This document shows positions 57,553 through 64,000 of a stretch of 64,000 nucleotides of DNA, one piece after another (position 1 is the stretch's first letter; every line of letters starts with the position of its first letter). The notes under the pieces are model-generated. The model was not told the DNA's origin. It did not search any database and saw only the letters and a program-made list of their open reading frames with translations. Source of the stretch: Thermodesulfobacteriota bacterium (GTDB lineage: Bacteria > Desulfobacterota_D > UBA1144 > Nemesobacterales > Nemesobacteraceae); NCBI GenBank assembly GCA_965249045.1, contig OZ252213.1, forward strand, positions 1,399,904-1,463,903, read 5' to 3'. Both the position numbers and the translations under genes were made by a program.

Positions 57553-59783
57553 AGAATAAAGCATCTCTTCAATTCGCCATGGACCACGGTCTTACCGAGA
57601 GTGAATTCGAAAAGATAATAGAGACCTTGGACAGAGAGCCGAACTCAACCGAAATCGGAGTCCTTGGAGCCATGTGGTCTGAACACTGCTCCTACAAAAG
57701 TTCCAAGGTGCACCTTCGAAAATTCCCCACAACGGGGAAACAGGTGATACAGGGTCCGGGAGAAAACGCCGGAGTTGTAGATATAGGGGATGGCTACTGC
57801 GTCGTTTTTAAAATGGAAAGTCACAATCATCCCTCTTTCATAGAACCTTACCAAGGCGCTGCAACAGGGGTCGGAGGGATACTCAGGGATATATTTACCA
57901 TGGGAGCAAGACCTGTGGCACTTTTAAACTCCCTCCGGTTCGGTAACCCACATCTCCAGAAAACGAAATTCCTCGTTGAAGGAGTGGTCTCGGGAATAGC
58001 CGGTTATGGAAACTGCATGGGGATCCCTACGATAGGAGGAGATATATATTTTGACGACTGCTACAATGGAAACCCCCTGGTAAACGCCTTTGCTCTCGGA
58101 GTAACCCAAAAAGATAGTGTTTTCCGCGGATATGCGTCGGGTGAGGGAAATCCCGTAATATACGTCGGATCGAAGACCGGAAGAGACGGAATACAGGGAG
58201 CTATCATGGCGTCAGACACCTTTACTGAGGAAACCGAAGAAAAAAGGCCCGCAGTGCAGGTGGGGGATCCGTTTACTGAGAAACTTCTTCTCGAAGCCTG
58301 CTTGGAGCTGTTTAAGACGGACTGTGTTGTCGGGATACAAGACATGGGAGCTGCGGGACTTACATCTTCTTCAACAGAGATGGCTGATCGTGCGGGAACC
58401 GGTCTCGAGATTAAGATCGACAGAGTTCCCAGGAGAGAAGAAAATATGACCCCTTATGAAGTCTTGCTTTCCGAATCGCAGGAGAGAATGCTGGTAGTCC
58501 TGGAAAAGGGCAAAGAAAATACAGCCCAAGATATTTTCAGGAAATGGAACCTTGATTTCTCAATTATCGGCAAGGTGACCGATTCGGGAAAACTGACCGT
58601 CGTGGAAGGAGAAACCATAGTTGCGGACCTGCCCGTGAGTCTTATAACCTCGGGCGCACCAACCTACAAAAGACCGATAAAAAAGCCGGACTACCTGGAA
58701 AAACCAGAGAAACTGAATCCGGAAAATCTCCCCGAACCTGTGGATATCCAGAAAGTTTTTCTTGAAATTCTGTCTTCTCCAACTGTTTCGAGCAAAAAAT
58801 GGGTGTACGAGCAGTACGACTATATGGTAAGAACCGATACCGTTTTGGGACCAGGAGCCGATTGCGCGATAATAAGACTCAAGGGAACGGGAAAAGGGAT
58901 TGCCATGACATCTAATGTAAACTCTAGATACTGCTATCTAAACCCCCGTGAAGGGAGCAAAATAGCTGTTGCAGAGAGTGTCAGGAATCTGGCCTGCTGT
59001 GGCGCTTCTCCTCTAGCAATCACGGATTGTCTTAATTTTGGAAACCCTGAGAATCCCGAGATAATGTGGCAGTTCTCAGAAAGCGTTGAAGGCATGTCGG
59101 AAGCTGCAAAAGTATTTAATACACCGGTTGTAAGTGGTAACGTCAGTCTTTACAACGAAACCGAAGGTGTTGCCATATTCCCTACCCCGACTGTGGCGAT
59201 GGTAGGTCTTATAAAAGATACGAACAAAATCGTCACTCCTTGGTTTCAGGACCCTGGAGACTTAGTGATACTGCTCGGAGGAGCGATAGAAGAAGATATA
59301 GGAGGAAGTGAGTATCTGAAGACCGCACATGGCTTGATTGACGGTGAACCACCCTCAATTGATCTTGATAAAGAAAAAAGACTTGCCGAGATGTTGATTG
59401 CGTGCGCTTCTCAAAGTATAATTAGATCGGCGCATGATATATCTGAGGGCGGCTTTGCTGTAGCGCTTGCGGAATGTTGCTTTAGTCCAGACGGTACGAG
59501 AGGGGTCCTGGTAAAAGCGCCCAACATAAATGAAAACTTTCTTAGAAACGATCTGTTTCTTTTCTCCGAGACACAATCTAGAGTAATAGCGAGTATAAGC
59601 GAAAACAGCTGGGAAAAGATAAAAGAGATAGCAACCGATTACGGTGTTCCCGCTCTGCGTGCCGGAGTGGTCATTGATGATGACAGATTTTGCGTTAAAG
59701 ACTCAATTAACATGAAAATCTCAATAGTTCATGACGCATGGTCCCTGGGTTTTCAGAAAAGCCTTTCAGTCACAGAGGGGTAA
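57549..59783 (+). CDS. purL: Phosphoribosylformylglycinamidine synthase subunit PurL
   Basis: 744 aa with two PurM-like repeats ([21 protein letters not shown]). Confidence 0.95.
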   Translation: MKNKASLQFAMDHGLTESEFEKIIETLDREPNSTEIGVLGAMWSEHCSYKSSKVHLRKFPTTGKQVIQGPGENAGVVDIGDGYCVVFKMESHNHPSFIEPYQGAATGVGGILRDIFTMGARPVALLNSLRFGNPHLQKTKFLVEGVVSGIAGYGNCMGIPTIGGDIYFDDCYNGNPLVNAFALGVTQKDSVFRGYASGEGNPVIYVGSKTGRDGIQGAIMASDTFTEETEEKRPAVQVGDPFTEKLLLEACLELFKTDCVVGIQDMGAAGLTSSSTEMADRAGTGLEIKIDRVPRREENMTPYEVLLSESQERMLVVLEKGKENTAQDIFRKWNLDFSIIGKVTDSGKLTVVEGETIVADLPVSLITSGAPTYKRPIKKPDYLEKPEKLNPENLPEPVDIQKVFLEILSSPTVSSKKWVYEQYDYMVRTDTVLGPGADCAIIRLKGTGKGIAMTSNVNSRYCYLNPREGSKIAVAESVRNLACCGASPLAITDCLNFGNPENPEIMWQFSESVEGMSEAAKVFNTPVVSGNVSLYNETEGVAIFPTPTVAMVGLIKDTNKIVTPWFQDPGDLVILLGGAIEEDIGGSEYLKTAHGLIDGEPPSIDLDKEKRLAEMLIACASQSIIRSAHDISEGGFAVALAECCFSPDGTRGVLVKAPNINENFLRNDLFLFSETQSRVIASISENSWEKIKEIATDYGVPALRAGVVIDDDRFCVKDSINMKISIVHDAWSLGFQKSLSVTEG

Positions 59784-59785
59784 AA

Positions 59786-61198
59786 ATGGCAAAGCTACGC
59801 GAAGAGTGTGGAGTTTTTGGAATATATGACCATCCCGCTGCCGCCAACTTTACCTATCTTGGCCTCTACTCTCTTCAGCACAGAGGACAGGAAAGTGCCG
59901 GCATAGTGTCAACCGACGGCAAAAAGCTCTATTCTCACCGGAAAATGGGGCTTGTAACCGAGGTTTTTAACGAAGAATCAATATTAAAGCTGCAAGGCAC
60001 TACCGCAATCGGCCATGTTAGATATTCCACAACAGGCTCAAGCAACAGCAAGAATACTCAACCCCTGATAATGAATTACGAGAAAGGGGAACTCGCTGTT
60101 GGGCACAACGGCAATCTTACAAATGCAAGAGTGCTAAGACACAAGCTTGAAAAAGAAGGTTCTATCTTTCAATCAACAACGGATACCGAGGTAATAGTAC
60201 ACCTAATAGCAAGATCGAAGGAAAAAACCTTTCTCAAAAGAATCATAGAAGCCCTTACTGAATGCAAGGGCGCATATTCTCTTGTATTTCTTACTCCTAA
60301 AGGTCTGGTGGCCGCACGTGACCCCCATGGATTCAGGCCCCTTGTTCTTGGAAAAATTGATAACTCTTACGTTGTGGCATCCGAAACATGTGCTTTTGAA
60401 CTCATAGGAGCCGATTATATAAGGGAAATAGAGCCTGGGGAAATAGTGTTCATAAACGAGAGCGGAATCAGGTCATTCAAGCCGCTTCCGAAAAAACAAC
60501 ACAAATACTGCGTGTTCGAAAACATATATTTTTCGAGACCCGATTCGTCTCTTCAGGGAAGAAGCATTTATCAGATGAGAAAAAGCATGGGTAAGCAACT
60601 CGCAATCGAGTCTCCGGCAGACGCAGATATCGTCGTAGCCGTACCCGATTCAGGGACGCCAGCGGCCATGGGATACGCGGAGCAACTGGGAATTCCCTTT
60701 GAAACAGGGTTTCTGCGAAGCCACTATATCGGAAGAACTTTTATTCAGCCTCAACAGTCAATAAGAAACTTCAGCGTGAAACTGAAACTCAGCGTGATAA
60801 AAGAGGTTATAAACGGCAAAAAAGTAGTGGTAGTCGATGATTCCATAGTAAGAGGTACAACCAGCAGAAAAATTGTCAAGATGATACGTGATGCCGGTGC
60901 CAAGGAAATTCACATGAGAATAAGTTCTCCTCCAATGAAGTTTTCATGCTACTACGGTATAGATACCCCTTTTAAAGAAGAACTCATAGCGCATTCGCTC
61001 GAAGTGGAAGAAATAAAGGACTACATAACTTCAGATACTCTGGGATACCTAAGCGCGGAGGGAATAACAAAAGCCGTCACTAACGGCGACAAATCCCCTA
61101 ACGGAAGAGCAAACTACTGTTTTGCGTGTTTTGACGGTAATTATCCGGTAGAAATAACGGACGAAAAAGTATCGCATCAACAGATGGACCTTTTTTAG
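59786..61198 (+). CDS. purF: Amidophosphoribosyltransferase
   Basis: N-terminal nucleophile CGVFGI directly after the Met, and a PRTase motif (VVVDDSIVRGTT). SD gagggg is present. The listed ORF begins 16 codons earlier. Confidence 0.95.
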   Translation: MAKLREECGVFGIYDHPAAANFTYLGLYSLQHRGQESAGIVSTDGKKLYSHRKMGLVTEVFNEESILKLQGTTAIGHVRYSTTGSSNSKNTQPLIMNYEKGELAVGHNGNLTNARVLRHKLEKEGSIFQSTTDTEVIVHLIARSKEKTFLKRIIEALTECKGAYSLVFLTPKGLVAARDPHGFRPLVLGKIDNSYVVASETCAFELIGADYIREIEPGEIVFINESGIRSFKPLPKKQHKYCVFENIYFSRPDSSLQGRSIYQMRKSMGKQLAIESPADADIVVAVPDSGTPAAMGYAEQLGIPFETGFLRSHYIGRTFIQPQQSIRNFSVKLKLSVIKEVINGKKVVVVDDSIVRGTTSRKIVKMIRDAGAKEIHMRISSPPMKFSCYYGIDTPFKEELIAHSLEVEEIKDYITSDTLGYLSAEGITKAVTNGDKSPNGRANYCFACFDGNYPVEITDEKVSHQQMDLF

Positions 61199-61231
61199 GG
61201 TTACCGTAATGTATTGAGATAGTGGTCCAAG

Positions 61232-63916
61232 CTACACAGTTGAAAGCTTCTTGAGAATTTCCTCAAGCTTTTTTTTGTGGTTTTGAAACTCATCCAGCTT
61301 TCCCTTTTCCTTTTCCACAACATCCTCAGGAGCACGGTCGATAAAATCCCTGTTTGCAAGCTTGCCTTCGGTTCTTTTAAGTTCCTGTGAGACTTTAGCC
61401 AGGTCTTTGCTCAACCTGGAAATCTCCTCCTCAAGATCAAGCAGATTTTCAACCGGCATAACTATTTCTACTCCCAAAACAACTTCCGAGACTGCCTTAC
61501 CGGGAGAATCTTCACCGCAGACAACGCAATCGCCAAGAGAAGCCATACCGAGGATAATCTCAAGATTTCCCCTTAAAACGTTCTCCACTTCACCATTTTC
61601 AGAATTAAGATGAATCAGTACCTTTTCCGAAGGATGAACTCCCATAGTGGCTCGCAAGCTTCGTATTCCGGTGACAACGCTTTTTATAAGCTCTATCTGC
61701 CCGGACTCCTCTTTGAACATCTCATTTTCACTCAGCGTCGGATACTGCGCATCGAGAATACTCTTTGAGTTAATACCCTCATCTTTAGGAAGACTAATTC
61801 CTTTTTCTCTGAATATTTTGAAGATTTCCTCCGTAATGTAAGGCGTAAAAGGATGGAGTGCCCGCAGAGAACGGAGCAAAACCCGCACAAGTACGTTAAG
61901 AGTGGTCTTTTTCGACTCGTCATCTTCTCCATAAAGCGAGAATTTGGATATTTCGAGATACCAGTCGCAATAATCATCCCACATAAAGTGATAAAGTGCC
62001 TGTGAAGCCTTGTCGAATTCGTAGTTTTCGATGAATTCCTCAACTTCCCCCAGCGTGGTATTCAGTCTGGTAAGAATCCACCGATCAGGAACGCTTAGAC
62101 AATGGGTGCTAATATCAGAGTCGGAAACAAGCTCCGGTTCAAGGTTCATAAACACAAACCTCGTCGCGTTCCAGATCTTGTTCATGAAATTTCTGTATCC
62201 CTCAATAACAGGAAAGGTAAGTTTTATATCCCTTCCCTGAGCTGCAAGCGCCGCGAGGGAGAAACGAAGCGCGTCGGCACCGTATTTTTCGATCACGTCA
62301 ATAGGATCAATCACGTTGCCCGTTGTCTTGCTCATCTTGCGGCCCTTTGCATCCCTTATGAGGCCATGCACGTAAACATCCCTAAATGGCACATCTTCCT
62401 TGAACTTAAGTCCCAGCATTATCATTCTCGCAACCCAGAAAAAGATAATGTCGAATCCGGTAACCAGACACGACGTCGGATAGTAATGCCTGAGCTCCTC
62501 GGTATCCTCAGGCCATCCGAGGGTGGAAAAAGGCCAGAGTCCGGAGGAAAACCATGTATCCAGAACATCAGGGTCTCTAACGAGTTCAACCTTGTCGCTG
62601 TAATGCTTCTTCGCACTGGCCATGGCTTCATCCTCGTTCATACCAACGAAAATCTCCCCGTCAGGCCCGTACCACGCAGGTATGCGGTGACCCCACCAAA
62701 GCTGTCTTGAAATACACCAAGGCTCTATGTTTCTCATCCATTCAAAATAAGTGTTTTCCCAGAACCCGGGATGAAAACGTATCTCTCCCCGCTCCACGCA
62801 CGAAATGGCTTGAGCAGCAAGTTCCCCGGCATTTACGTACCACTGATCAGTCAACCAGGGTTCCACAACGGCCCCTGAGCGGTCACCGTAAGGAACCGTA
62901 TGAACTGTCTGTTCAACTTTTACCAGAAAACCCTTATCCTCAAGATCCTTGAGGACAGCTTTTCTCGCCTCAAATCTCTCAAGCCCCGCGTATTTTTCGG
63001 GAACGTCGCCCTTTATATATCCCCGTTCATCTAGAATGTTTATGATATCGAGGCCGTTTCGTTTTCCGACTTCAAAATCGTTAAAATCATGTCCCGGAGT
63101 TATCTTTACGGCTCCAGTGCCCTTCTCAGGATCGCTGTATTCATCGGCTATTACGGGAATCTTCCTCCCCACGAGGGGCAAAACCGCGTTTCTGCCCACC
63201 AAGGCAGCATATCTCGGATCATCCGGGTGAACCGCAACGGCCGTGTCTCCAAGCATGGTCTCGGGGCGCGTTGTAGCCACTGTAACCGACAAACCATCAT
63301 CTCCTTCTATCGGATACCTTATATACCAGTAGCTTCCCTGGGTTTCCTTCTGTTCCACTTCCAGATCCGATATGGCGGTACGAAGCTTGGGATCCCAGTT
63401 AACAAGTCTTTTGTCTCTGTAGATAAGTCCTTGGGAGTAAAGATCAACAAAAACTTTTCTTACCGCTTCTGAAAGACCCTCATCGAGGGTAAAACGTTCC
63501 ATTTCCCAGTCGGGAAGCGCTCCGAGTCTTTTAAGCTGTTCTGTAATGCGGCTGCCGGAGTTCTCCTTCCACTGCCAGATCCTCTCAAGAAATTTCTCTC
63601 TGCCGAGATCGTTTTTGGTTAGTCCCTCGGAAGCAAGTTCTTTTTCAACCATCATCTGAGTGGCAATACCGGCGTGATCCGTGCCCGGAACCCAGAGAAC
63701 GTCAAAATTCTTCATTCTCTTGTACCTGATCAGAATGTCTTGGATGGTGTTGTTAAGAGCGTGGCCTATGTGCAACGACCCCGTTACGTTAGGAGGGGGA
63801 ATAACAATCGAGAAAACCTTTGCCGAGTTCGTTATTTCGGATTTGTGAAGTCCTGCGGAGATCCAGAAATCATAAATTCTCCCTTCAACCTCCGCAGGGT
63901 TGTAGCTTTTTTCCAT
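61232..63916 (-). CDS. valS: Valyl-tRNA synthetase
   Basis: 894 aa with HIGH (PPPNVTGSLHIGHA) and KMSKS (KMSKTTGN) motifs and a C-terminal coiled coil. Confidence 0.95.
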   Translation of the reverse strand: MEKSYNPAEVEGRIYDFWISAGLHKSEITNSAKVFSIVIPPPNVTGSLHIGHALNNTIQDILIRYKRMKNFDVLWVPGTDHAGIATQMMVEKELASEGLTKNDLGREKFLERIWQWKENSGSRITEQLKRLGALPDWEMERFTLDEGLSEAVRKVFVDLYSQGLIYRDKRLVNWDPKLRTAISDLEVEQKETQGSYWYIRYPIEGDDGLSVTVATTRPETMLGDTAVAVHPDDPRYAALVGRNAVLPLVGRKIPVIADEYSDPEKGTGAVKITPGHDFNDFEVGKRNGLDIINILDERGYIKGDVPEKYAGLERFEARKAVLKDLEDKGFLVKVEQTVHTVPYGDRSGAVVEPWLTDQWYVNAGELAAQAISCVERGEIRFHPGFWENTYFEWMRNIEPWCISRQLWWGHRIPAWYGPDGEIFVGMNEDEAMASAKKHYSDKVELVRDPDVLDTWFSSGLWPFSTLGWPEDTEELRHYYPTSCLVTGFDIIFFWVARMIMLGLKFKEDVPFRDVYVHGLIRDAKGRKMSKTTGNVIDPIDVIEKYGADALRFSLAALAAQGRDIKLTFPVIEGYRNFMNKIWNATRFVFMNLEPELVSDSDISTHCLSVPDRWILTRLNTTLGEVEEFIENYEFDKASQALYHFMWDDYCDWYLEISKFSLYGEDDESKKTTLNVLVRVLLRSLRALHPFTPYITEEIFKIFREKGISLPKDEGINSKSILDAQYPTLSENEMFKEESGQIELIKSVVTGIRSLRATMGVHPSEKVLIHLNSENGEVENVLRGNLEIILGMASLGDCVVCGEDSPGKAVSEVVLGVEIVMPVENLLDLEEEISRLSKDLAKVSQELKRTEGKLANRDFIDRAPEDVVEKEKGKLDEFQNHKKKLEEILKKLSTV

Positions 63917-64000
63917 GGCTGATCAAAAGAAAGAAGCAGACCGCAGGGGAAATATCAATCTTCTAGCACCACGTCTTCGCTCTTTTCTTCAATTTCCGGT

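Noticed and set aside
1-64000. CRISPR arrays, restriction-modification or toxin-antitoxin loci, phage integrase or structural genes
   Set aside because: I found no regularly spaced direct repeats, no methyltransferase or restriction-endonuclease-like ORFs, and no integrase or capsid genes. The only mobile DNA is IS-type: TnpB, IS256-family and ISNCY-like.

Overview
This 64-kb window is a bacterial chromosomal segment of roughly 47-50% GC, made up mostly of housekeeping genes on both strands, with four insertion-sequence features breaking into it. I did not find a CRISPR array, a restriction-modification system, a prophage or a clear defence island.

Housekeeping genes I can support, in order along the window:
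- hflX, clpB, proS, ispG
- a DUF59 protein next to an Mrp/ApbC ATPase
- a cbpA-like J-protein followed by a DUF1844 protein
- a PfkB kinase, an MTA phosphorylase, rsmG, trmI
- two paralogous MFS transporter genes that flank a tRNA-Lys/tRNA-Glu pair
- pckA, two tandem alpha/beta hydrolases, nth, a ferredoxin, secG, tpiA, an aminotransferase, def, an HU/IHF protein, metH, an MBL-fold hydrolase
- a thrC-like gene followed by a MoaD-like sulfur carrier
- dnaJ, grpE, hrcA
- lpdA, lipB, ilvE, pepA, an M20 peptidase, cbiX, a HAD hydrolase, an acyl-CoA ligase, purL, purF, valS

Mobile-element content:
- A TnpB (IS200/IS605 OrfB-type, RuvC plus zinc finger) gene runs off the 5' edge of the window on the minus strand. 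The ORF track missed it because it has no in-window stop.
- Two copies of an IS256-family element lie in inverted orientation about 19.6 kb apart. Each is 1538 bp, and the two are identical over every stretch I compared. Each copy has its own target-site duplication.
- Copy 1 splits the 5' end of the second MFS paralog.
- Copy 2 sits inside the transposase gene of a larger ISNCY/IS4-like element (about 1.8 kb of its own sequence, roughly 24-bp inverted repeats). That outer element lies just upstream of the hrcA-grpE-dnaJ operon.

Non-mobile points that most deserve a second look:
- A thrC-like PLP enzyme with an N-terminal zinc ribbon is followed by a MoaD/ThiS-like sulfur carrier ending in GlyGly. 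The pair sits divergent from metH, which is compatible with protein-thiocarboxylate-dependent homocysteine or methionine chemistry.
- A radical-SAM gene and a luciferase-like (F420/FMN-type) oxidoreductase gene form a tightly spaced operon, with an uncharacterised 157-aa gene upstream.
- A nitroreductase-family protein carrying a C-terminal extension is paired with a 65-aa ribbon-helix-helix-like protein.
- HflX appears to have a roughly 150-aa N-terminal extension.

All functional calls rest on my reading of the translated ORFs and on manual inspection of the DNA. I ran no database search.
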